A DNA stretch of 64,000 nt from Selaginella moellendorffii (lineage: Eukaryota; Plantae; Lycopodiophyta): contig NW_003314327.1 in NCBI RefSeq assembly GCF_000143415.4, positions 87,116 through 151,115 on the forward strand. The letters are read 5' to 3'. Shown piece after piece: positions 25,585 through 36,753 of this stretch. Position 1 is the first letter of the stretch; every line of letters begins with the position of its first letter. Made by a program: the position numbers and the translations under genes. The notes under the pieces are model-generated. The model was not told the origin of the DNA. It saw only the letters and a list, made by a program, of their open reading frames with translations, and made no database searches.

Positions 25585-26648
25585 TGCCAGAAGCCTGTCT
25601 TTCAGTCCTTGGAGACGCTCCATCTCCTCCTCGAATGCAGTACTCTTCCACTTCTCCACCATAATATCATGGACGCGGCGCTGGTGCCGAGGATTCCCAT
25701 AAACCTGGTGGGCATCCACAGACCCACATCCTCAAGTCCACCGGCTTTCTCATCGCATCCCTCGCATTCCCTCCATATCTCATGGCTTCTTCCACAAGAC
25801 CCTCGTCCTTGTCCAGCATCTTCTTCACCAAGTTACTCTTCTTGCTCACACACTCTACCATAGCTCCGAGCACTCCTCTCCTAGCCAAAACAAACTCCTG
25901 GTCCTACCAAGTCACGCGAGGTTGCGTTGCATATATACATCTCGTTGTATATCTCCTCCCCGAGAACTCATGTCCGAACTGTCAGACATGTCCGGGAGCT
26001 CTGCCTTGCAGAGATCTCGAAAAGCCTTCCTCAATCTATCCTTCTCCTTCTAGCCAACCAAGCTCGCGGCTCCTCGCATCGTCTTGATCACTTCGGAGCA
26101 TGGATCCCTGGGTATGAGCTCGGTCTTGTCGAGCAGCAGCAGCGCCACCACCTCTAGATTTTCCAAGCTCTTAACCTTGGCACAGAAGCTCGGATGCAAG
26201 CGCCACCGTTATGTCGTGCTCGCCCAGGGACTCCAGCTCCATCACAAACTCCACCCCGTCTTCCACATACTTCTCTTTGTCACTGCCATACGAGAGATCC
26301 TCCTCCTCATTGTCGTCCGAGACATTCTCATCGTTCTACAGTGATGACCGTTTAAGAAATGCAAAGCATTCGTTCCTCTTCCAAAACTTGTCTACCTCCT
26401 AGCTGCGCTCCGGAAAGTGATGCCTCAGCTTGGCAAAAGCCCGGCCACTAAGCTTCTCCCAGGGAACTCTTCCCAGGATGTGGGAGACCTCGTCGCCAAG
26501 CTTTGCGTCGAGGCAAACCTCGAGCAGCATCGAGATCCCATTCCCTCGATAGTCCCCTTCCTTCCACTTCGTCACTGATAGCTTCGAGGAGATCTCACCA
26601 CATAACATCTTTGGCTGCGGCGACCGCCCCTTCCCGGCATCCATACGC
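25585..26648 (-). pseudogene. Inverted degraded copy of the 3' part of the 2OG oxygenase gene
   Basis: The reverse complement matches 24340-25440 (GNPRHQRRVH.IMV.KWKSTAF.EEME, LGDEVSHILGRVPWEKLS) with deletions. Confidence 0.9.
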
Positions 26649-26679
26649 GCATTCGTTCCACCTCCCTCAAACGACAGTT

Positions 26680-27280
26680 ATGACTCAGTATGTGAAAGAC
26701 GTGGTGGACTTTGTGATGGAGCTGGGGTCCCTGGGCCAGCACGACACAAAGGTGGTGCTTGCGTCCGAGCTTCTCTTCGCAGATTTTGGCAAGATGGAGA
26801 AGTTGCAAGATCGCGAGGTGGTGGCGCCGCTGCTGCTCGACAAGGCCGACAGGGCGGAGATGAGTTCTTGGGAGTAGATATACAACGAGAAAAAGGAGTT
26901 TTTCGAGACGTTGTTTTGGCTGGGAGAGGAGGAGGTGCTCGAAGATATGGTGGAGTGAGGAAGAGGAGCAACATGGTGAAGAGGATGCTAGACAAGGAAG
27001 AGGGTCTTGTGGAAGAAGCCATGAGATATGACAAGGAAGAGGGCCTTGTGGAAGAAGCCATGAGATATGGAGGGAATGTGAGGGATGCAATGAGAAAGGT
27101 GGTGGATTCGAGGATCTCGAGGGAGGAACTATTTGCTGCCACCTTCAAAGGTGACGAAGGTGGTTCATGGTAATCCCCGGCAACAGCGGCGCTTGCATGG
27201 GATTATGTTGGAAAAGTGGGACAGCACTGCATTGTGGAGGAGATGGAGCATCTCCAACGACTGAAAGACAGGCTTGTGTG
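26680..27280 (+). pseudogene. Third, direct, degraded copy of the 3' part of the 2OG oxygenase gene
   Basis: Matches 24660-25430 (YVKDVVDFVMELGSLG, VVLASELLFADF) and contains a 39-bp tandem duplication encoding DKEEGLVEEAMRY twice. Confidence 0.9.
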
Positions 27281-27331
27281 AAACGAGTCTTAGCTTTTAG
27301 CGGCCCTTACGTAAAATGCCCACTAAGGGCA

Positions 27332-28370
27332 TTACATGGAATTTTGAGAATCTTCTTTGCCTTCCAAAACTGGACTGTGAGCTATGCCTGCAGTTACACA
27401 TCCCAGGAAAGGCCCTGCAATGTAGATCCAAATCGCTTTGAAGTTTCTGGAAACGATTGCCGGTCCCAGAGAGCGAGCTGGGTTGAGTGATCCTCCAGAA
27501 ATTGGCCTAATAAAACAACGATCAATCAATCAAAGCATTTTAATCTTTCCATCCTTACCCAGCGACCATAACGCTCAGCCCGATCGCGGCTGGGACAGCC
27601 ATTGCAGCTGCGTTGCCCGACTGATGAAAAGCATCAATAGTATACTAGTGTGGAACAAATTGCGAGTGAAAGTTACCACTTGTGATGTGTTATTCGAGAG
27701 GATACACGCCAGGAACATGACAACGAAGGACATGGCGGTCTCAAGAACAAGCGATTGCCATGGCCCAGATCGAGGCTGGGTCACGGCAAAGTCTCTCTCC
27801 GGGAAGCTGTAGACCCATTTCGCCGCCAGGATTGCCAGCACGGAGCCAGTGATCTGAGAAACCATGTAGAAGGGCACCTGGAAAAAGTGGTAAAGCTCTC
27901 AAAGCTCTTGTGTTCGATCGACTATAAGCTTACTTGAGACCATGGGAATCTCCCGGCGGCTGCGAATCCCACGGTGATGGAAGGGTTGATGTGAGCACCC
28001 GAGGTGTGGCCGATGGTGAGGATGATCACCGTGACGCAGAACGAGGCCGCCATTGCGAAGCTTAGCAGCCCAATTCCTCCGGGAGTTCCCTCGTTCACTG
28101 CTGTCAAAGCCGCGATGGTGAAGACGAGGAGAAAAGTTCCAAGTGCCTCGCCAGCCAGTGCCTGGATCAAAAAGATCAATCACCATGGATGATGTTTTCG
28201 AAGTTTGCGAGAATGTATACAACCTTTGCGACGATCGTGAGCCTGGAGCGAGGAGAATCCAAAGCCTGGATTTGCTTGGCAGTGGCGACGGCCTGATCGG
28301 AGGAGGTGGTCAGCATTGGCACTCTCATGCGACGCTGCTGCTGCTCGTAACCATCCTCAATCTCTGCCAT
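27332..28370 (-). CDS. NIP aquaporin, NIP7-like (NIP II pore), five exons
   Basis: GEALGTFLLVF, HTSGAHINPSITVGFA (NPS), FPWSQVP and GPISGGSLNPARSLGPAI (NPA). The ar/R filter reads A-V-G-R by eye alignment. Confidence 0.93.
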
Positions 28371-28590
28371 GGACGATGGATCGGTCGATCAAAAGCAAAG
28401 AAGCCCTTTTGGATGACTGATCGAGGAGGAAGCAATCGAGGAGCGAGCATAAATGTTCTTCCTGGAGCACCAAGCGCATGATCGCACGTATATAGCATTT
28501 GCGTTGCTAGTACGAACATTCCCGCGACTCGAACGTCCGACCGTTGGGATTTTAGGGCAAGGAGCGCGCCAGGGCAAAGTGTTCTTCGCC

Positions 28591-29835
28591 ATGGCGGCGG
28601 CGGTCGCCATGCATTCGGCGCTCACCAGCAGCAGCGGCGGCGGCGGCGGCGGCGTCACGGCCAGATCCGCGTCTCACAGGTTCGCAAGGCAGCAGAATTT
28701 GATCCTGGGCAGCCGCAGCGCAGTGCCTAGATCCAGGGATCGCCGATCGACGCCAGTAGTCTCCACATCCAGGACGACGACCGTGATCCCCACNNNNNNN
28801 NNNNNNNNNNNNNNNNNNNNNNNNNNNNNNNNNNNNNNNNNNNNNNNNNNNNNNNNNNNNNNNNNNNNNNNNNNNNNNNNNNNNNNNNNNNNNNNNNNNN
28901 NNNNNNNNNNNNNNNNNNNNNNNNNNNNNNNNNNNNNNNNNNNNNNNNNNNNNNNNNNNNNNNNNNNNNNNNNNNNNNNNNNNNNNNNNNNNNNNNNNNN
29001 NNNNNNNNNNNNNNNNNNNNNNNNNNNNNNNNNNNNNNNNNNNNNNNNNNNNNNNNNNNNNNNNNNNNNNNNNNNNNNNNNNNNNNNNNNNNNNNNNNNN
29101 NNNNNNNNNNNNNNNNNNNNNNNNNNNNNNNNNNNNNNNNNNNNNNNNNNNNNNNNNNNNNNNNNNNNNNNNNNNNNNNNNNNNNNNNNNNNNNNNNNNN
29201 NNNNNNNNNNNNNNNNNNNNNNNNNNNNNNNNNNNNNNNNNNNNNNNNNNNNNNNNNNNNNNNNNNNNNNNNNNNNNNNNNNNNNNNNNNNNNNNNNNNN
29301 NNNNNNNNNNNNNNNNNNNNNNNNNNNNNNNNNNNNNNNNNNNNNNNNNNNNNNNNNNNNNNNNNNNNNNNNNNNNNNNNNNNNNNNNNNNNNNNNNNNN
29401 NNNNNNNNNNNNNNNNNNNNNNNNNNNNNNNNNNNNNNNNNNNNNNNNNNNNNNNNNNNNNNNNNNNNNNNNNNNNNNNNNNNNNNNNNNNNNNNNNNNN
29501 NNNNNNNNNNNNNNNNNNNNNNNNNNCACATGGGAGTGAGCAGCAATCTCAGGTACCAGGCGCTCAATGGATTGGAGTACTTTGCTGCGGGAGTGTTGAG
29601 TCCGGCGGTGTTCAAGACGTCCGTGTTTGCGGTCCGGGCCGCCAACAATGTTCTTGGAGGAACTTCGTTTGTGACCTTGGCGAGGTTGACGGGGTCGCAG
29701 AGGGCCGAGGAGGCGGCGGCTGTGGCGGAGAAGAAGATCGAGGGCGAGGAGGATGAAGCTTGTAAGAACAAGGAAGGAGTGGTGTGTGAGAAGAGTAGCG
29801 GTAGTGAGATCCAAGCGAGAGAGACCACGGTGTAG
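28591..29835 (+). CDS. RETICULATA-related (DUF3411, RER2/RER3-like) chloroplast envelope protein; middle hidden by gap
   Basis: A transit-peptide-like start MAAAVAMHSALTSSSGGG and, after the gap, HMGVSSNLRYQALNGLE...NNVLGGTSFVTLARLTGSQ. Confidence 0.8.
   Translation: MAAAVAMHSALTSSSGGGGGGVTARSASHRFARQQNLILGSRSAVPRSRDRRSTPVVSTSRTTTVIPXXXXXXXXXXXXXXXXXXXXXXXXXXXXXXXXXXXXXXXXXXXXXXXXXXXXXXXXXXXXXXXXXXXXXXXXXXXXXXXXXXXXXXXXXXXXXXXXXXXXXXXXXXXXXXXXXXXXXXXXXXXXXXXXXXXXXXXXXXXXXXXXXXXXXXXXXXXXXXXXXXXXXXXXXXXXXXXXXXXXXXXXXXXXXXXXXXXXXXXXXXXXXXXXXXXXXXXXXXXXXXXXXXXXXXXXXXXXXXXXXXXXXHMGVSSNLRYQALNGLEYFAAGVLSPAVFKTSVFAVRAANNVLGGTSFVTLARLTGSQRAEEAAAVAEKKIEGEEDEACKNKEGVVCEKSSGSEIQARETTV
28794..29525. other. 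Assembly gap (N run)
   Basis: A run of n bases. Confidence 0.99.
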
Positions 29836-29989
29836 AGATCGCCAAAGTGGCCAAAGTGGAATAACACTGGTCGTGTAGAACCATCAAACATACTCTATCG
29901 TTATAAAATTATTAGCTATGGGTTAGTCCATTTTAAGGGTTAATTGGACGATCATATTATTTTAACAAAATGCATGACATGGCAAACTA

Positions 29990-30030
29990 GCACACGTGGA
30001 CCACCACATAGTGTGGATGACGTGGCGGGG
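29990..30030 (+). promoter_or_regulatory. G-box / ACGT-box pair upstream of the SHW1-like gene
   Basis: CACGTGG at about 29993 and TGACGTGGC at about 30018. Confidence 0.4.
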
Positions 30031-30043
30031 CCGGTTTGGCTCG

Positions 30044-30937
30044 ATGAGCCCTAGCTATGGCGTTGGCGCCTCTCGATTGCCCGTGCTGGCGTCGGCTGTG
30101 CCATCGCTCTGGATGGCGGCGCCGATTTCCCAGCGCGCTCTCCGAATCGGGGAGAAGATTAGGCCTGGGGAGCGAATTGTCATGATTTTCATTCGCGGAT
30201 CCAGGAGATTTCAACTCGCTCCAGCAAAGCCTCGCAAGGTATGGTTGTTTGTCGAGAATTTCCTAGGCTAGCAGTGATGTGAGAATTTTAAACCTATGGC
30301 TTGTCTTTTACTAGGTGGAGCACGAATTTTACGAAGATGATGACTACGATAGAGATTTTTCTATGGACGGCGACAGTATGGTTCTTCTCGTCCAGCTTGT
30401 CCGCACGATTCTCAGGAAACTATCCTCGCGGGCTACCAAGGCGGCGAGAGGAATGCTGCCACCAATTTTCACATCGGATTTGGTTCGTATCTCCCTTTCT
30501 AGTTGTTTTCCCTCTCGTTCTCTCGAGAAGAGCGATGATCTCTTTATTCGATTTCCAATGATCTCGTTCTCGTTCTTCTCTGGCAGATATCGTTTTTTGT
30601 AAATGGTGCGGTGTTGCTGACGGTGTTCTGGGTGGCAAAAGCGCTTCTCGAAGTGAGCGAGCTTAGGTACACAGCAGCGCGCGTGTGTCTGGCTAAAGCT
30701 TTCCTTTGTTTTTGTGTTCCAATGCAGGTGGTGTGCTCCATGGGGAGTATGATGTTCATAGGATTGTTACTCGTTCGCAGCGTGTGGTCGATCCTCTCGT
30801 ACTTGCAGTCGCAAAGATACTCGGGTAGTTTCAGGAATGGCAACGATCGCAGTAATAGTAATCGACGCAACATGCGAGGAGGAGGAGGAGGAGGAGACGA
30901 TTTTGACGATCATCACTACCGAGTTTCGCCCTCCTAG
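30044..30937 (+). CDS. SHORT HYPOCOTYL IN WHITE LIGHT1-like membrane protein, four exons (start uncertain)
   Basis: An acidic stretch, then SMVLLVQLVRTILRKLSSRATKAARGMLP, ISFFVNGAVLLTVFWVAKALLE and VVCSMGSMMFIGLLLVRSVW. Confidence 0.75.
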
Positions 30938-31541
30938 GTAGGCCAGGTTGGGTTCCACTGCTCTAAAGAGCTTGCAGGACTTTAGTAGAGCATCGGTACT
31001 GCCGAAAGGGGATATATAGGTGGTGGTTTTGGTGGCTCATTCTTTCGACAGTGAAAGAGAGATCTTTGGTGGTGGTGGCCTAGTGCTGGTTGGCACTATC
31101 ATCGCAGCGCAGCGCAAGCAGAGCAAAGAGACGACGATTTCAAAGGAATCGAGAGAGACGGCACCGAAAGTGTAAAGAAGCGAAAGCCATCAGCGGGGTC
31201 GTTTGTTGGATCCATCAATCAATCAAAATCGTTGACGACGCACCAGGAAACGAACGAAAAGAATTTCTTCGCGCGAGTGTCTTTCCAGCTCGCTCTCCTC
31301 TGTGAGGGCGCCCTTTCGTTTTTAAGTGGAGCCAACAAACACATGCTCTACTACTACGTCAAATCTTCCAAAGGTACAAGCAATTTGATATATTCTTACA
31401 CATGTTTATAATATACACAAAAGTCTCCAGGCAGCTTTTATCCAATCGCGCATGCTCTGGGAAGAGATAAAAAGGAAGAAGAGAAAAGTAACGATCAAAA
31501 GAAAGGCCGTCTCGCCCGCTAGCTAGCTAGCTTTGGTCGAG

Positions 31542-33036
31542 CTAGAAGAAATCTCTACACAGCTCCTTGCGGAGCTTGCGAGAGAATGGCTGACACGCAT
31601 CGCGGCTCAAGTCCACGGCCGCAGCCAAGGCCATGAAAACCGCGGCGTCCTCCACGCACGTAATGTACCTGGTCGAGAGCTGGACAGTGGCCCTGGACGC
31701 CGACGACGAGGAGGACGAGTTACTTCTCCTCCCGCTGCCACTGCCACCGCGCCGCAGCTCGCAGTTCATCACGAAGCCACTGTCTGTGGTCGGGAGGCCG
31801 AGGTAGAAGGAACAATCTCCACTGCTGCGAGGACTCGGGAGTGGAGAGTGGTGGACGCTGGGGCCTGTATCAATGGAGAACTCGCCGGCTTTGTTGGAGG
31901 AAGGGATGGTGGTCTCGGACACGAGGATGGAGCCGGTGTGGGAGATGAGCTGGAACTTTAGCCCCAGCCTTCCGCCATCCTGCCGCCACGCCTCGAGTCG
32001 CCCCCAGGCCCTCCACGAGTAGTACGAGTGGCCGCCATGCACCACGTCGGTTGCCGAGGAGCACGAGTCGGGCACGAGGATGAGCCAGCCGCCCGGGTTG
32101 CTCCGGCTGACTTCGTCCGAGCCCGTGAACGGCACGAAGGGTGTCACCATCGAAGCCGCCGCGACCGGGGAGCCCGACAGGTCGTGGATTGTCACGAGCC
32201 AGCTCTTTCTTTCTCGGCTATTGCCGCTCTCCTCCCTGGGAGTCCGGCTTGGTGTAAGATCCCCTTGCACCATCCTGGAAGAGAGACACTGAGAAACTTG
32301 GCAAGCCAAATAAAAAAAGAAACTCGTGCTCTTACCTCGTCCTGCCTTTGCTGAATTTGCAGCTGAAAACTGGCTGCTGCTTCTTTCCTGCGCCTTTCCC
32401 CTTCACCTGGACAATCTGGGGGCTCAATGCAATGTCGCCATCGAATTGGAACTCGTAGCGCGGATCCGACTCTAGCTTCACTGCAGCGTGGAGCTCCATT
32501 CCACTAATGAAGCTGCCCATTTTGACCCAGCCTCCGTGTAGAAGCAACCCGTCTGTCCAATCTGAATCTGCGCTGATTGGTACTCTGAAAACTCCCAAAA
32601 CTTTGCTGCTGATGCTGCTGCTGCCGCTGCTGCTGCCGCTGCTGCTGCCGTATCCCTGCCTGCCTGCGTATACAACCAATTCCACGCTTGGAGCTGACCC
32701 GCTTCCCACGCGCAGCAGACATGACGCCGGGTTTGGCGACAGGAGCTTGTTGAAGACGGTGGCGTCGATGTAGAAGTTTGCAGCAACAGATCGAGAATCT
32801 GGCTCTCCAAAGACGAGTGGAACCTGTGAAGTCTGCGGTTGACACCCAGGAAATCTGATCTCGCAGAAGAAGCAATTGCTGCTCGAGGGAATCCCGATTC
32901 TGCCCAAGCTTCTAGTCCTGCTTCGCCGCTTCAACGACGAAGAGCCTGCATCTGTACCCCCTGTTCCTGTTGAAGCAGGATTAATGCGGAGCCCGAGACC
33001 CGCCACGGACAGCTTGACAAAGTCCCTGGCATCCAT
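31542..33036 (-). CDS. DUF1005 family plant protein, two coding exons
   Basis: MDARDFVKLSVAGLGLR, CFCEIR.PG, DPRYEFQFDG...SPQIVQ, QPVFSCKFS, RERKSWLVTIHDLSGSPVAAASMVTPFVP, WGRLEAWR and AAVFMALAAAVDLS.DACQPFSRKLRKEL. Confidence 0.9.
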
Positions 33037-33702
33037 TCCCTTCAATCGTCAGAGTGCTGTTACTGCTGCTGCTGCACGAAGAAGCAGAAGAGGAAGAAGA
33101 AGAAAACGGTGATACGGCGGATGATCCATAGTGAAAGAAGAAAAAGTGGTACCTCCGAGCTAAGGATTCTTCGTTTTGTATAAGTTTGCTCGGACAGCTT
33201 CTCTGTTTACGTCATGCGAGGAAACGGTTGATGGCGGGCTGGGCCATGTTCCCATGTGTATGGCAGCTGGCACTCTCTTTCATATCCCTGGCGGTTGGAT
33301 CATCCTGCTGACAGCCTCTTTGGACGGGTTCGCCCCAACAGCGCGAGCATATGCTTGACAGCTTTCGAGACTCCTGTTCCTGCAAAGAACAGCTTAAAAG
33401 CAGGATCATAAAAACACACTATTGATTCCCTCTGAGCTTTCCGATTTGACACACAACAGCACACAAGTTCTTTACTACCAATCCGTTGTAAACTAACCAA
33501 CCGACGATATAGACATGACCGGAACCTGGTGAAGGAGAGCTGCTGCCTGGACGAAGAAAAAAGTTTTCAGCCACCATTTTCCTGGAACCCGAGATTATAA
33601 ACGAGTCAGTCCACTATCAAGAAAAGCGATTCTGGTTACCAACCATCTCGTAGTCGTGAAGAAGATTAACCTGGTGTTTTGGATCGTCACCGCAATATGT
33701 TG

Positions 33703-36420
33703 CTATGTATCCGCCTCGCTTCCAGCTTCTTGAGTCCTGTTGTTCCTCTGTCGCAAGCCACCGTTGTCGTCCTCGGCGCCACCCGTCCCTACAGTGGTTG
33801 TCGTCCCTGCTGGCTCCGGTTCAGGCTCCCTGAAGTCCCGGAATATGGGAAGGAAGGAAACCAATGCCGTTGACGGGCTCCCTAAGGTCCACGGAAACAC
33901 GGAACCGAATGCTGTGATGGGAGCAGCCTGAATGATAGGAGCATTAGCCGCTGGGGTTGGAGGGCCCTCGGCTTGAGTGTTCTCCACAGAAGCATCTGGC
34001 ACGCCAACAGTAGAATCTAGACTATCCGTCATTCTGTCCGAAGGAATCTGGGCTGCGTTGGAAGTTCTCGAGCTGTTGGAAGACTGCAACCCGCCTACTT
34101 CGAAAGTTCCAGTCATAAATCCTAAGGAAGTCCTAGAGCCATTGTTCCCTTCTACTCTTTGTTCTGCAGATCTTGGCGGGTTGACAGGGTTTAGCCGCGT
34201 CACTTGCACAGCTGAAGTCAGTATTGCCGACGACGTTACATGTAACCCCTGCTGCTGAAGTAGCTCCCTTCTACGTAGATATACTTGTAATGCAGGTATC
34301 TGCTGACAGGCCCCATCGAATCGTAAGAAGCAGCAGGCATGTCAATGTCTTACCTCAAAACGATTCCAAAAAAATAAAACCAGGTGCTGCATGAATCCCG
34401 CAGTTGCTGAAAACGCGAGATAAGAGAATCCTGAAAAAGGAGACAAGTTCAGCAATGTGCTAAAGTGAGTTTGCAATCATACCGTATGTATAAGAGAAGA
34501 AGTAGATGTGAAACACCATGAAGTAGAGAAAGAAAAATCGAGGAAAATACTGCATTGAGATTCTGGTTCTGACACTGCAATCACCATATTAAGGTCAATA
34601 ATCAAAATGCAAATGGAAGAAACTTGCCTGATCATTGTAAAGAGTTCGCATAGCCACACCAAAGTCAAAACCATGAAAGCTAAGAGCTGATCGTCGAAAA
34701 ACTCAAATAGAAAAAACAAAATACCGATCATAATCTGTAAATACAAGGGAGCATTAAAACAAATGAATGAAGCGTTCGATGTTCATACTTACAGGCACAA
34801 AAACTAGTGACTCAAACACATGGATAAAGATAAGATGGAAGGTAGGAAGACGATGTCGTGCGTGATGCTGCAGTTGGACTGTCAAGCAGGGAAAGAAGGT
34901 TTAGCACAGAACACAATTTCAAGAAAAACCAGACCTGTGAATTTCAGCATTCGAGCTTGCGTTTCTCTGAGGGTGAACGAAACAGACATTGTTGTGGTGA
35001 AAAACACAAATAACGACATTATCAGCACCCCGAACTTGAAAACAACATAATCTACAAAAACTATGTGAGTACAGCACAAACGCATGAAGGAAAGCTTACC
35101 TTCAACTCCATGAGATACTCCACTCGACTCCTGTAGATAATTGAGGTTGTAGAGCTCCTTTGTCTGAAAGTTATAGAGATATCCTACAGTGCACGATTCA
35201 GCCTTACACGCTTCGAGAATAAATTCGAGTGTAATTCCAACCTTTGTCCCGAGCAGTTAAGAGGCTGTTCATTAGAATTGTGTCGTATCCGACGAAATTG
35301 TCAATAAGAAAACGCTGCCATCTGCTGACAAACAGATAAGTCAATAAACATAAGAAGGCTCTTTAAGCACCTGTTGCCAAAACAAGCATTTTGAGCACAA
35401 ATGCTTACGTTGACCGTTCGGATTTCATGCTGGACCTTTGCGACTTCTGAAAGAATCAAATAACCCTTCAAGCCGAGAGGGCTGATATTATTCTCTCATC
35501 TCATGCAATTTTCAACCGAAACGAAAAAGACGTATACCTTTTCGACGCTGTACAAGTACATTGGATCATGGATTTTGCCTTGCTTATCTGCCCGGTCTAC
35601 TGTATTTCAACATGAGAACCAACAAGAAACATTTCTCTGGCTTACCAATCAAGGAATCCTTCCAGGCAACGGCACGTCGATCGCCCTTCAGCGTGGCGGC
35701 AAACGATTCCCAGCCCGCGATCCTCTAAAATGTGCATCTTAGGGACAAATCGTTCAGATAAGATAGCCTTACCCAAACTTGCGCAAAAGTTCTCATACTT
35801 TGCTCCATGTTCTTAAGGAAGCTACTCCATTTACTCAAATAGTGTAGGAGAGTCGTGCCGGCAACATTAGCTCGGAACGCTTCATCTCCGCCAGAAACAT
35901 CCTCAGAAGCGGTCTCACCATCATCCTCACCTTCCGATACCTTCGCTTTGCTCTTAGACCCGGCTTCGTGAAACCAAAACTTCCACCCAGCATTTTGAGC
36001 CGTCTCAGGTTGATCTTGGTGAGTAAGGGGGCTGAACAGGAATTGGTGTTGCTCCTCGAAAGCTCTACTGCTGCCGGTAATCTAGAACCAAAATGACAAA
36101 CAAGATCAAATGAATCACAAGAGTTCCTGCATTTGAGTACCTTCACTTGTATGAGCTGCGCGTCAGAGGCGGCACGAAACTCAGCAGCACAACCGGGCTG
36201 CAAGAAAAAAAAACCAAAATCACCGAGAAGAAAAAAACAGAGAAAAAAGGCAAACCTGGGCCACGAAGTTGACATGCATCACAACGAGCAGCGCCAGCAG
36301 CACTACCGCATTGAAGAGGCAAAGATACTCGAGGACAGTCCGGAACCTGGGAGTGAGAAGCCGCGCAAGCACGCCAGACAGGCGCGCGTGGACTCTCAAG
36401 AATGTCTGCTCCGGATCCAT
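33703..36420 (-). CDS. Membralin (TMEM259)-like ER membrane protein, multi-exon
   Basis: MDPEQTFLRVHARLSG, LLVVMHVNFVAQPGC, FVGYDTILMNSL, SVSFTLRETQARMLKFT, IMIGILFFLFEFFDDQLLAF and YFPRFFFLYF. Confidence 0.9.
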
Positions 36421-36753
36421 TTCCTCCGGAATTCGGCTCCGCCCTGGCTTCCGCTACCCCATCCTCAAAACCCTAGCTTCGCGCTCGGCTCTTCTCCTGC
36501 GTCGAGCCGCGCACACCGATTCCAACCGCCCTACTTCCCAATCCCTGACCCCATGATCACCCGGCCGCCATCGCCGATTACCTAGCCCGCCACGATCGCC
36601 CGCCGGTGAGCGCCATCGCCGATCATAAGAGAGAGGGAATCTGGGGGATTTATTCTCAGGCGGTACGAAAGCATATTCTGCACGGAAACACCCGTAGGCG
36701 CTACGGAAGGAATATTCTGTACGGCAAACTATATTCTAGCGCTGTGTTGTTCT

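Noticed and set aside
28453-29891. Three ORFs of 400-460 aa across this region
   Set aside because: Artefacts of translating through the N gap. Only the RER-like plus-strand ends are supported.
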